From an uncultured Alphaproteobacteria bacterium (GTDB taxonomy: Bacteria > Pseudomonadota > Alphaproteobacteria > CAAHEQ01 > UBA3637): a DNA stretch of 64,000 bases. Position 1 is the stretch's first letter. The number at the start of each line of letters is the position of its first letter. The notes below the pieces were generated by a model that worked only from the letters and a program-made list of their open reading frames with translations, did not search any database and had not been told where the DNA came from. The stretch covers positions 2,884 to 66,883 of the forward strand of contig CALARE010000005.1 in the NCBI GenBank assembly GCA_937888725.1. The letters are read 5' to 3'. Of this stretch, positions 1-9,062 are shown piece by piece. The position numbers were made by a program, and so were the translations under genes.

Positions 1-1481
1 TGTTTTTGTCCGCCAGAAAGGAGGACGCCTCTTTCTCCAATATTGGTTTTTAATCCTTTATCAAGTGAGGCAATAAATTCATCTAAACACGCCATTTTAA
101 CAGCTTTGTCAATTTCTGCCTGTGTTGCATCAGCTTTTCCAAGTAGGATATTGTCTAAAATTGTGCCTGTAAATAAGAAATTGTCTTGAAAAACAACAGC
201 GATTTTGTCCCGCAAAGATGTCAAATTAATGTCTTTAATATTTACACCATCAATTTCAATACTCCCTTCGGTAACATCATAAAAACGAGGAATAAGGCTA
301 ACAACTGTTGTTTTTCCGCCTCCAGAATTACCAACAAGAGCAATGGTTTTACCTTTTTCAATTGTCAAATTAATATTTTTTAAAACCTGCTTTTCCTCAG
401 TATATGAAAAACTGACATTGTTAAATGTAATTTCATTTTTAAGTGAGTCGATAGTATGTGCGTTTTCTTCTTCTTTTATTTGAACAGGCATATCTATCAT
501 TTCAAAAACACGCTCAATTGCCATAAGTGATAATTGAACGGCATTAAAGTTTTTGCCAATATTTTTAATAGGGGTATATAGCATAAGCATAGCAGTAATA
601 AATGCAACAAAATCACCAGCGGTGATTGCTTTTGTTTTAATTAAATAACTACCATACCAAATTGCACCAGCCATACCAATAGCAATGATGATATGCATAA
701 CAGGTGACAACCAAGCTGTTCTTTGTGTGTTTTTTATTGTGAGTTTAAAGCTTTGTGTTAAAATATCAAAAAACTTTTTACGTTGATAATTGTGTAAATT
801 ATAAGATTTAATGGTTTTGCTTCCTGCAAAAGTTTCATTAAACGCTGTTAAAACTTGTCCATTTACCACGACGCTTTGGGCAACAATTTGTTTGATACGT
901 TTTCTAATTTTTGTAACGGGATAGAGTGCTGAGCCAAGAACAACAATAGCAATGATTGCTAATTGCCAAGAAGTATATAATAAAACACCAATCAATGTTA
1001 AGGATGAGAAGATGCGGGTTGTAAATGTTTTAACATTATTTAACAATCCTGAGCATGCCGTATTTGCATCTGAATCAAATCGTGTGACAATAAGTCCCGA
1101 TGAGGCATTATCTAAAAAAGATGCATCAAGAACAAGTAACTTTTCATATAATTTTTTTTTCATTCCTTGAGTGATCTTTCCACCTGTCCAAGTGCTTAAA
1201 TATGCTGAAGCATACTCAAGTGCTGATTGAAAGAGTGTGAAGATAATGATAAATAAAGGAATAGCATAAAGCGGTAAATTAAAAGGTGTTGCACCGTTTT
1301 GTTCAATAACAACAGTATCCATAAAAGGTTTTAATGCAAGAGCGATAACAGCATCTAATGCACCAATAGGAAGAGTGATAAGTGTTGCCAACAAACAACG
1401 AAACCAATACGGTTTTACAAATGGCCACATACGTTTATATGCTTGAGCAATGTTGACTTTTTTTATCTCTTGTTTTGCCAT
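1..1481 (-). CDS. ABC transporter permease/ATP-binding protein, MsbA/ABCB-like; the 3' end runs off the window start
   Basis: Absent from the ORF track because it is open at the window edge. My minus-strand translation from the ATG at 1481 gives MAKQEIKKVNIAQAYKRMWPFVKPYWFRCLLATLITLPIGALDAV... Walker A is ALVGNSGGGKTTV (about 300-340). The frame at the edge reads KGLKTNIGERGVLLSGGQK (ABC signature). It is a close paralog of the ORF at 53869..55659. Confidence 0.85.
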   Translation of the reverse strand, partial: MAKQEIKKVNIAQAYKRMWPFVKPYWFRCLLATLITLPIGALDAVIALALKPFMDTVVIEQNGATPFNLPLYAIPLFIIIFTLFQSALEYASAYLSTWTGGKITQGMKKKLYEKLLVLDASFLDNASSGLIVTRFDSDANTACSGLLNNVKTFTTRIFSSLTLIGVLLYTSWQLAIIAIVVLGSALYPVTKIRKRIKQIVAQSVVVNGQVLTAFNETFAGSKTIKSYNLHNYQRKKFFDILTQSFKLTIKNTQRTAWLSPVMHIIIAIGMAGAIWYGSYLIKTKAITAGDFVAFITAMLMLYTPIKNIGKNFNAVQLSLMAIERVFEMIDMPVQIKEEENAHTIDSLKNEITFNNVSFSYTEEKQVLKNINLTIEKGKTIALVGNSGGGKTTVVSLIPRFYDVTEGSIEIDGVNIKDINLTSLRDKIAVVFQDNFLFTGTILDNILLGKADATQAEIDKAVKMACLDEFIASLDKGLKTNIGERGVLLSGGQK

Positions 1482-1497
1482 AATTTACTCCAATAAT

Positions 1498-2145
1498 TTA
1501 TTTTATATTTTGACGGATAAAAGTAATTAAACTGTTAAAATGTTGGGTGCTGATTCCATGAGCCATAAAAGGATCAATATCTTCATTAACTAAAAAACCA
1601 GCATCTTCAAGCGTCGGCTTTGTTAATAGGGCGGCTTGAGGTGGAATAACTGTATCTTGTAGTCCTCTTGTAAGTAAAACTGGTATTTTCTTTGCGGTTG
1701 ATGGGATGGTTGCCATTGGAACGGGTGACATTAAAATAAGTCCACTAAATGCATCCTTTGATGAAAAAGCAATTTGTGATGCAATAAGGCCGCCTTGTGA
1801 AAAACCGCCAATAAAAATGTTTTCTTTTTGAATACCTGTTTGAGATACAATCTGTTCAATATAAGCATCAATTGTTGGTATAATTTTATAAGATCGTGTT
1901 TCAAGTTCTTTTAAGTAATCTATATTTAAATTTGGCTTTGTAAAATAATCATCTAATGAAAACCATTCATATCCACCACCAATTGTGGTATTAACACCAT
2001 TTGGTGTAAAAAAAGCCATATTTTTAAATATGTTTCTCAACTCAATTGAAAGAGAAAATAAATCATCGCCATCAGCACCATATCCATGAAAAAGAATAAG
2101 AGCATTTTTGGGATTTTTAGGAATGTATGATGGACCATTAAGCAT
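1498..2145 (-). CDS. Alpha/beta hydrolase, phospholipase/carboxylesterase family
   Basis: Motifs ILFHGYGADGDD and the nucleophile elbow GGFSQGG. The track ORF extends to 2289, but that start is a TTG and it overlaps the divergent gene at 2232. The ATG at 2145 (MLNGPSYIPKNPK...) has an AAGGGAAA RBS-like sequence upstream. Confidence 0.7.
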   Translation of the reverse strand: MLNGPSYIPKNPKNALILFHGYGADGDDLFSLSIELRNIFKNMAFFTPNGVNTTIGGGYEWFSLDDYFTKPNLNIDYLKELETRSYKIIPTIDAYIEQIVSQTGIQKENIFIGGFSQGGLIASQIAFSSKDAFSGLILMSPVPMATIPSTAKKIPVLLTRGLQDTVIPPQAALLTKPTLEDAGFLVNEDIDPFMAHGISTQHFNSLITFIRQNIK

Positions 2146-2231
2146 TAATTTTCCCTTGAAAAGCGGTTGAAAGTATGTTAAAAATACAACAATAAACAAA
2201 TGTATTATAGAATTATTGAGGGTGAAAAGCA

Positions 2232-2687
2232 ATGAAAAAAAAATTAATATGGCTTTTTTATGTTGGGACACTATTTTTGATGGCACCAATTGCTCAGGCG
2301 GATAGTAGGACTGCTAAAGGTGTGTCTGTGGTTGAACAATTGGGTATTACAGCGGGTGTTGCACTTGCTTGTAAAGTTGATACGGAGCAACTTAAAAATT
2401 ATGAAATGATTGCTAGCCGTATCATTGCTAATCCGATTAAAACTGAAAAAGAAGAAAAACAAGCATTGCACAAGTATGCACAAGCTAAATTAAAGGCATT
2501 TACAGAACAAAAGCAAAAATCAGTCATGCATTGTAAAGATGTTTTAAAACGTTTTGAAAAACAGGATATTTTTAAGTCAGTTGTTTATCGTGACGGAACG
2601 ATAAAAATGCCAGATGGACGAGTTATTAAACCAGCTCGACCAATTAAAACTGAAAAAAAGAAAAGTCGAAATAAAAAGAAAAAATAA
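2232..2687 (+). CDS. Hypothetical secreted protein with a Lys-rich C-terminal tail
   Basis: Signal-peptide-like N-terminus MKKKLIWLFYVGTLFLMAPIAQA|DS. GAGGGTGA lies upstream of the ATG. No recognisable domain. Confidence 0.55.
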   Translation: MKKKLIWLFYVGTLFLMAPIAQADSRTAKGVSVVEQLGITAGVALACKVDTEQLKNYEMIASRIIANPIKTEKEEKQALHKYAQAKLKAFTEQKQKSVMHCKDVLKRFEKQDIFKSVVYRDGTIKMPDGRVIKPARPIKTEKKKSRNKKKK

Positions 2688-2695
2688 GGTTTTTT

Positions 2696-4780
2696 ATGCG
2701 TCCTGAATGCTTAAATGGTTTGTTTTGTCAGGTATCTCAAATAAGTGGGATCGGGCCAAAGACATCTAAATTGATAGAAAATCTATGTGGCCCATATATT
2801 TTAAATGTACTATTTTCACTTCCTGTTGGTGTTCACTATCGGCCTAATTATGAATATCCCTCTCAAATTAAAGAAGGGCAATTGGGGACGATATTGTTTG
2901 AGGTTGAAAAACACATAAAGCCAGCAAAAAAGAGTATCCCATACAAAATAAAGGGAAATTTTAAAGGCACTGCTGTTGAGTTAGTTTTTTTTAATTACCA
3001 CTCAGATTATTTGCAAAAAAAATTACAAGAAGGGCAATCTTATTTTATTTCTGGTAAGATAGAAAAATTTTTAGGGAAATGGGGTATTTTGCACCCTGAT
3101 TATATTGTAAAGCAATTAAATGAGATACCTGAATATGAGGCGATATATCCTTTAACAGCGGGTTTGTCGGGTAAAGTTCTTTCAAAAGCGATTATGTATG
3201 CTAAAAATTGCCTGCCTAATTTACCAGAATGGCAAGATAGTGCGTTTATGAAAGAACAAGGTTTTTTTGATTGGAAAACATCTGTCATAAAAGCACACCA
3301 ACCACAAAAAAGTCAGGATTTAGAACCAGGTAATGTGATTCGAAAAAGATTGGCATATGATGAGTTGTTGGCAAATCAATTAGCTTTATTTTTGGCAAGA
3401 GCACACCATAAACGTCAAAAGGGTATTTCATTTGTTAAAGAAAAAAATTATGAAGAATGTGTTTTAACAAATTTACCGTTTGAATTAACGACAGCACAAC
3501 ATCGAGTTATTGAAGAGATAAGGTCAGATTTATTATCTTCTGATAAAATGATAAGATTACTACAAGGTGATGTTGGTAGTGGAAAAACAGTTGTTGCCTT
3601 GGCAAGTTTGTTGATGGCGGTTGATGCAGGATATCAAGGTGTTATTATGGCACCAACGGATATTTTAGCAGGACAACATTTGGCATCATTTGAAAAAATG
3701 TTAAAAGGTACAGACGTTTCAATCGCTTTGTTGACTGGTCGCGAAAAAGGTAAAAAAAGAGAGCTTATTCTCGAAAAATTAGCCATGGGTGAAATCGATA
3801 TTTTAATCGGGACTCATGCTGTTTTTACACAAGATGTTTCTTTTAAAAAATTAGGTTTGGTTGTTATTGACGAACAACATAAATTCGGTGTTCAACAGCG
3901 TTTAGCTTTAACAAAAAAGCAAAAAGGTGTTAACTTGCTTGTTATGACAGCGACACCAATTCCGCGTACACTAGCTTTAACAACGTATGGTGATATGGAT
4001 ATTTCATTGCTTGATGAAAAACCTAAAAACAGAATTCCAATTGAAACAAAAGTTATTTCAAGTGAAAAAGTACAAGAAGTAATTGAAAAACTTTTTCAAA
4101 AAATAAAGACAGCTGAAGAAAAAATGCAGGTTTATTGGGTTTGTCCTTTGGTTCAAGAATCAGAAAAATCAGATTTGATTGCTGCAGAAAAAAGATATGA
4201 AACTTTATCTTCTGTTTTTAAAGATAAGGTTGGCCTTGTTCATGGTAAAATGAAAGGTTGTGATAAAGATGCTGTGATGGAAAAATTTAAATCAGGCGAG
4301 CTTGATGTTCTAGTTTCAACAACTGTCATCGAAGTTGGTGTTGATGTTCCAAGTGCATCCGTTATTGTAATTGAAGGAGCTGAGCGATTTGGTCTTGCAG
4401 GGTTACATCAATTAAGGGGTCGTGTTGGCCGAGGTGGCGGTAAATCTATCTGTCTATTATTACATGGGAAAAACTTATCACAAACGGCAATTGCAAGATT
4501 AAAAGTTATGAGGGAAAGTGAAAATGGATTTGTTATTGCAGAAGAAGATTTGCGTTTGAGGGGTGCTGGTGAATTATTAGGCGTTCGTCAAAGTGGTTTG
4601 CCTGTATTTAAGATGGCTGATTTGCAAATTCATTATCATTTGCTTACAACAGCTGCACAAGATGCCAAAACGATTTTAACATTGGATCCAAATTTGCAAA
4701 CAGAAAGAGGAAAAGCATTGCGAATTTTGTTGTATTTATTTCAAAAAGAAACTGAAATTTTAACATTGAAAGCGGGGTAA
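2696..4780 (+). CDS. recG: ATP-dependent DNA helicase RecG
   Basis: 694 aa. Helicase motifs LLQGDVGSGKTVVA (Walker A), VIDEQHKFGV (DEQH box), MTATPIPRTLA and QLRGRVGRG. The size and domain order are typical of RecG. Confidence 0.95.
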   Translation: MRPECLNGLFCQVSQISGIGPKTSKLIENLCGPYILNVLFSLPVGVHYRPNYEYPSQIKEGQLGTILFEVEKHIKPAKKSIPYKIKGNFKGTAVELVFFNYHSDYLQKKLQEGQSYFISGKIEKFLGKWGILHPDYIVKQLNEIPEYEAIYPLTAGLSGKVLSKAIMYAKNCLPNLPEWQDSAFMKEQGFFDWKTSVIKAHQPQKSQDLEPGNVIRKRLAYDELLANQLALFLARAHHKRQKGISFVKEKNYEECVLTNLPFELTTAQHRVIEEIRSDLLSSDKMIRLLQGDVGSGKTVVALASLLMAVDAGYQGVIMAPTDILAGQHLASFEKMLKGTDVSIALLTGREKGKKRELILEKLAMGEIDILIGTHAVFTQDVSFKKLGLVVIDEQHKFGVQQRLALTKKQKGVNLLVMTATPIPRTLALTTYGDMDISLLDEKPKNRIPIETKVISSEKVQEVIEKLFQKIKTAEEKMQVYWVCPLVQESEKSDLIAAEKRYETLSSVFKDKVGLVHGKMKGCDKDAVMEKFKSGELDVLVSTTVIEVGVDVPSASVIVIEGAERFGLAGLHQLRGRVGRGGGKSICLLLHGKNLSQTAIARLKVMRESENGFVIAEEDLRLRGAGELLGVRQSGLPVFKMADLQIHYHLLTTAAQDAKTILTLDPNLQTERGKALRILLYLFQKETEILTLKAG

Positions 4781-4781
4781 T

Positions 4782-5240
4782 ATGGCACTTCAATTTACAC
4801 TACAACCACCTGAGGTTACAAAAGCACTTCGAAAAGAATTTGATAGACGTAATATGAATCAAAAATTTGTTAAATGGTTGTATAGAAAGGGGTATTTAGA
4901 ACAATATAAAGATGTGATAAATCTTGAACGGGCAAAACGTGGTAAAATACCACACGGGTTTGATGTTCATCATATTTTGCCATTATCAGGTGGTGGAACG
5001 AATCATGTATCAAATTTTTGTTTAATCGAACGGTCGCTTCATAAATTTATTAACAAAAAATGCTTTGAGCCAGCTCTTCGTCGGATAAAAATAGGTGAAA
5101 CAGTCGAAATTGAGATTCCTGATTTCCCAAAAGTTGCTTTAAGACGCCACTATAATGGGTTTATTGATTCGAAATTAAAACATTCTCGTGATAGGCAAAA
5201 ATTTTATCAATATTTAAAACGTTGGCAAAAAGGTAAATAA
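4782..5240 (+). CDS. HNH endonuclease domain protein
   Basis: HNH-type motif HGFDVHHILPLSGGGTNHVSNFCLIERSLH. The start codon is 1 nt after the recG stop. Confidence 0.7.
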   Translation: MALQFTLQPPEVTKALRKEFDRRNMNQKFVKWLYRKGYLEQYKDVINLERAKRGKIPHGFDVHHILPLSGGGTNHVSNFCLIERSLHKFINKKCFEPALRRIKIGETVEIEIPDFPKVALRRHYNGFIDSKLKHSRDRQKFYQYLKRWQKGK

Positions 5241-5247
5241 AAATTTA

Positions 5248-5649
5248 TCACTTAAGGCGTGTTATTAAATATCGTTTTATTTTAAGATAAGTTTGTTGGT
5301 TAAGATACCGATATGATCTGTAATTAAAGCGTGATCTTAATTCCGCATGGATTGTATTTGTGTGTTTATTTTCCTTTTGTGCAATTTTACGCACAAGTTT
5401 TTTAAATGTACGTTTTTCTTGTTTTGAAATCGTAATATCTGAGATGATTTGCTTTGTATTTGCATGTGGATAACTGTTTGATGGTAGGTAATTATTATAA
5501 AACAGAGAACCTACAGCAAAAAAGCTACATAATATAAGTGTAAAAACACCAGCAAAAAGAATATTCTTTTTGCATTTAAATGGTTTTTTGTTCGAATTTG
5601 CTATATTTGCTTTTTGAAATAGCAATCTGATTTCTTCATCGGTACTCAT
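5248..5649 (-). CDS. Hypothetical single-pass membrane protein with a basic C-terminal domain
   Basis: TM segment ILFAGVFTLILCSFFAVGSLF. It lies 10 bp downstream of the XRE regulator on the same strand. No domain recognised. Confidence 0.5.
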   Translation of the reverse strand: MSTDEEIRLLFQKANIANSNKKPFKCKKNILFAGVFTLILCSFFAVGSLFYNNYLPSNSYPHANTKQIISDITISKQEKRTFKKLVRKIAQKENKHTNTIHAELRSRFNYRSYRYLNQQTYLKIKRYLITRLK

Positions 5650-5659
5650 GGTAAAACTC

Positions 5660-6097
5660 TTAAGCAGATTTTTCTAACATAAAATTGACAAGTAATGTGC
5701 GAATATTTTGTTGGATATTATCATTAGATGGATTTTTTACAAGTCTTTCATAAAGTAATGTAATTAAACGGGCTTTATCATTTGGTGCAAAATTAAGTTT
5801 TTTTTCAATAATAAGGCGTTCAACCGAAATTATAATTTCAATTAATAAGGTTTTATTGAAATAATGTGTGTTTTCTGGTGTAAATTCGGGAGGCAAAAGA
5901 TCCCATTTTGAAATATTTAAGATATTAGAAAGTAACAAAACTTTATCCAAAGGAAGCGGATGTCCTTTTTCATATCTATCCATATGCTGTTGGCTCACAT
6001 TAATTTTTTTTGCTAAAGCAGATTGAGAAAGGCCTAGTTCCAGTCTTTTTTTGCGTAATAATTCAAACTGATGTCGTGCATTTTTTGTCATAACCAT
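5660..6097 (-). CDS. XRE-family helix-turn-helix transcriptional regulator
   Basis: HTH motif LGLSQSALAKKINVSQQHMDRYEKG near the N-terminus, followed by an extra ~80 aa C-terminal domain. Confidence 0.75.
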   Translation of the reverse strand: MVMTKNARHQFELLRKKRLELGLSQSALAKKINVSQQHMDRYEKGHPLPLDKVLLLSNILNISKWDLLPPEFTPENTHYFNKTLLIEIIISVERLIIEKKLNFAPNDKARLITLLYERLVKNPSNDNIQQNIRTLLVNFMLEKSA

Positions 6098-6139
6098 ATT
6101 ATAGCAAAAAAAAACTTTTTGTAAACTTGATTTTTATTA

Positions 6140-6168
6140 TTGACATTACACATTTTATGTGTTACATA
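6140..6168 (+). promoter_or_regulatory. Putative sigma-70 promoter overlapped by a 6-3-6 palindrome (candidate XRE operator)
   Basis: TTGACA at 6140-6145. ACACAT-ttt-ATGTGT palindrome at 6148-6162. TACATA-like -10 after a 17-nt spacer. Located in the divergent intergenic region between 6097 and 6233. Confidence 0.35.
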
Positions 6169-6232
6169 AATGTATATGTAAAAAATTGAAGTTTAATTTT
6201 AATTTATCCACAAAAATAGAAAGGGAATTACA

Positions 6233-6448
6233 ATGTCAAAAATTACAGATTTTAATATATTAACAGCTCTTAAATCAGGTCAAACAGTTAGTTTAAACGG
6301 AGATGTTTTTTTAAGAGAGTTGTTAAATGGTGGGGATGGTGTTATATATGCATTATATCAAGAAAAAAAATTTTGGAAGCCGTATTCACCAACTGTTTGG
6401 GAGTTGGAGCAATGTAATTGGGAAATTGAAAATAAAGATGAAAAATAG
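6233..6448 (+). CDS. Small hypothetical protein, possibly DUF2829-like
   Basis: 71 aa with AAAGGGAA upstream. N-terminal FNILTALKSGQTV and C-terminal W-ELEQCNWEIE resemble, from memory, the ALxxGxxV ... DWEI pattern of DUF2829 proteins. This is a weak assignment. Confidence 0.45.
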   Translation: MSKITDFNILTALKSGQTVSLNGDVFLRELLNGGDGVIYALYQEKKFWKPYSPTVWELEQCNWEIENKDEK

Positions 6449-6507
6449 ATACTTTATATTGCAAAAATTGATAAATATATGCAATATAAATAGGGAGGTT
6501 CCATATT

Positions 6508-7803
6508 ATGAAAATAATAGGTGTTATGACTGGAAATTCGTTAGATGGGTGCGATCTCATTTTGACAGAATTTTTAAATGGGGAAATGAAAGATCTTTCT
6601 TTTTTTAGTCAAAATATCCCCGAAACATTACAAAAAAAAATAACAATTTTAAAAAAACAAATTAAGAAACGAAAAATTTTATCAAAAAATTTATTAACGG
6701 ATTCGTTTTTTCTTGATGTTCATGATGTTTATATTCGATGGGTTGCATCTGTAATTAATGAATTTTTAAAAAAAGAAAATGTGAAGATTTCGGAAATAGA
6801 TTTAATTGGATTTCATGGGCAAACGCTTGACCATAATCCGCCGAGTGTTGCAACAGATCGATTGCCATATACGCTTCAAATGGGATCGGGACAAATGCTT
6901 TCAAATTTGTTGTCTATTCCTGTTGTTTATGATTTTAGGTCTGATGATATTTTTTTTAATGGGGAGGGGGCTCCTCTAATGCCCCCACATAATGCACATT
7001 TTGCAAAAAGTTTAGGTTTAAAAAATGCTTTTTTTTATAATGCAGGAAATACATCTAATTTAGCACTTGTTGTAAATGGTGAGGTTGTGCTCGGTTTTGA
7101 TGCTGGTCCTTTTAATGAGTTTACAGATTATCTTGTTAGAAAGTATAAAAAAGAGCCTTTTGATAAAGATGCTTTTTGGGCAAAACAAGGGACTTTGTTG
7201 CCGTTCTTATTTGAAAAGCTATTTCATCAATCTGTTAAAACAAGTGGGGGCGAAAATTATTTAGAATTTTCACCACCTAAATCTGCAGACCCAACATTGT
7301 ATCATTTAGACAATCTGTTAGAGATTAAGACAGAACAAGATTTTATTGATACACTTCATACGGTTGCATATTTTTCTGGTTATATTGCTGCATATGCATT
7401 AAAGCATATTGATGATAAATATGAATTTCCAGATACGTTTATTTTATTTGGAGGTGGTTGGTATAATCCAATTTCATACCAAGCTTTTGTAAATACACTT
7501 AATGGGAGTGGGTATATTTTAGAGGAGCATAAAAAAATTTTTGAAAAAATAGTGACTCGCTTTAAAAATTTTCCACACTTTATTTTGCCAACATCAGCAA
7601 AATATATGGAAGCAAGATTAATGGCTGATTTAGCATATCATTTTGAGAAAAAATTACCTTGGACAAATAAAGAATTAACGGGCGTAGAAAAACCTGTTGT
7701 TCTAGGGATAAAGGCTACTCCAAACAGAACAACAAAATATACTGACTATATTAATAGAGCAAGTGAGGGTTGGCAATTAGTTAAAGAAGCAAACCCGCAA
7801 TAG
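6508..7803 (+). CDS. anmK: Anhydro-N-acetylmuramic acid kinase
   Basis: N-terminal IGVMTGNSLDGCDL matches the AnmK G(L/V)MSGTSxDGxD signature. GGGAGG RBS. 431 aa, longer than I remember typical AnmK proteins being. Confidence 0.8.
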   Translation: MKIIGVMTGNSLDGCDLILTEFLNGEMKDLSFFSQNIPETLQKKITILKKQIKKRKILSKNLLTDSFFLDVHDVYIRWVASVINEFLKKENVKISEIDLIGFHGQTLDHNPPSVATDRLPYTLQMGSGQMLSNLLSIPVVYDFRSDDIFFNGEGAPLMPPHNAHFAKSLGLKNAFFYNAGNTSNLALVVNGEVVLGFDAGPFNEFTDYLVRKYKKEPFDKDAFWAKQGTLLPFLFEKLFHQSVKTSGGENYLEFSPPKSADPTLYHLDNLLEIKTEQDFIDTLHTVAYFSGYIAAYALKHIDDKYEFPDTFILFGGGWYNPISYQAFVNTLNGSGYILEEHKKIFEKIVTRFKNFPHFILPTSAKYMEARLMADLAYHFEKKLPWTNKELTGVEKPVVLGIKATPNRTTKYTDYINRASEGWQLVKEANPQ

Positions 7804-9049
7804 CAGCTGAAATATAAGATGTTAGTGTTCCACAGATAAGAGCTTTATATCCTAATTTAGCAAGGTCTTTTCTTCTTTCAGGAGCGAGTTCTCCAATTCC
7901 ACCTATCTGCATGGCAATTGAACCAAAATTTGCAAAACCGCATAATGCAAATGAGGCGATAATCAGTGCTTTTGGAGATAAAGCTGTTTCAAGTGATGTC
8001 ATGTGAAAATATGCAATAAACTCATTAAAAACAAGTTTTTCACCCATTAAGGACCCAACGGTGAATATTTCATTAAGTGGAACGCCTAGTATAAAAGCAA
8101 ACCCAGAAAAACAAATCCCCAAAAGTCCACTTAAAGATAAATTTTGAATGTTCAGTGGACCTAATTGACTTGGACAGTGAAAAATAGTTACAAGAGCCGA
8201 ACCTAACAACCCAAGACAGTAATCAAAAAAAGCAATGAGAGCAATTAATCCGATAATCATTGCGATGATATTTGCTCCAACTTTTAAACCTGTTGAGGCA
8301 CCTTGTGCAATGGCATCAATTAAATTGACAGTATTTGTTTCTTTTTTTAATGAAACATCTTGATTAAGTGGCGTGCTTTTTTCTTCAGGAAAAACGATTT
8401 TTGAAACAACCAATGCACCAGGGGCTGCCATAAAACTAGCAGCAAGTAGATATTCTGCAGGAACTCCCATTCCAATATATACCGCCATAATGCTACCAGA
8501 AATACAAGCAAGTGAACCAGTCATTGATGCCAATAATTGTGACATTGTCATTTTTTTTAAATGTGGTTGTATGAGCATTTGGGCTTCAACTTGTCCAATA
8601 AAAGCACTTGCAATATTTGAGATTGCTTCAACACCTGTGATATTCATAAGTTTGTACATTGCTTTTCCAAAAACAAGGATAATTTTTTGCATGATCCCCC
8701 AATAATAGAGAATATTAACCAAAACCATCACAAAAATAAGAACAGGAATTAACGTTAGTGCAAAAATAAAATTAGCACCATCGCCTAATACTTCAACGAG
8801 TTTTTCTGGTCTATCGGTTAAGAATCCAAAAACAAAATTTCCGCCTTCTATTGCAAAATTTAATATTTTTTGTATGCCATTGCCTAGCATTTTAAATATT
8901 GATTGTCCAACGGTTGTTTTTAAAATAAAAAAGGCAATACAAAATTGTAAAATTAAACCAACACAAATAGTCCTGTAATTAATGTTTTTACGATTATTTG
9001 AAATTAAAAAACAAAGACTTAAAATAAGAATAATACCTAAAATACCCAT
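7781..9049 (-). CDS. NupC/concentrative nucleoside transporter family protein
   Basis: 422-aa polytopic membrane protein. The N-terminus GILGIILILSLCFLISNNRKNINYRTI and the overall layout are typical of NupC-family permeases. Confidence 0.8.
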   Translation of the reverse strand: MGILGIILILSLCFLISNNRKNINYRTICVGLILQFCIAFFILKTTVGQSIFKMLGNGIQKILNFAIEGGNFVFGFLTDRPEKLVEVLGDGANFIFALTLIPVLIFVMVLVNILYYWGIMQKIILVFGKAMYKLMNITGVEAISNIASAFIGQVEAQMLIQPHLKKMTMSQLLASMTGSLACISGSIMAVYIGMGVPAEYLLAASFMAAPGALVVSKIVFPEEKSTPLNQDVSLKKETNTVNLIDAIAQGASTGLKVGANIIAMIIGLIALIAFFDYCLGLLGSALVTIFHCPSQLGPLNIQNLSLSGLLGICFSGFAFILGVPLNEIFTVGSLMGEKLVFNEFIAYFHMTSLETALSPKALIIASFALCGFANFGSIAMQIGGIGELAPERRKDLAKLGYKALICGTLTSYISAAIAGLLL

Positions 9050-9062
9050 ATTGAGATACGCC

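Noticed and set aside
2146-2289. N-terminal extension of the esterase ORF to a TTG start
   Set aside because: The extension overlaps the divergent gene at 2232 by 58 bp and uses TTG. The internal ATG at 2145 gives a hydrolase of a plausible size for this family.
6327-6608. 93-aa and 72-aa ORFs overlapping the 6233 gene and the anmK start
   Set aside because: They occupy alternative frames of an AT-rich intergenic or overlapping region, have no RBS, and their sequences are dominated by Ile, Lys, Phe and Asn as expected by chance.
7781-7803. 23-bp convergent overlap of the anmK and nupC 3' ends as a regulatory feature
   Set aside because: Short convergent overlaps are common in compact genomes. 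No hairpin or other signal is visible here, so I judged it ordinary.
8373-8705. 110-aa plus-strand ORF
   Set aside because: It is antisense to the NupC-family transporter frame, which is continuous and hydrophobic over 422 aa.
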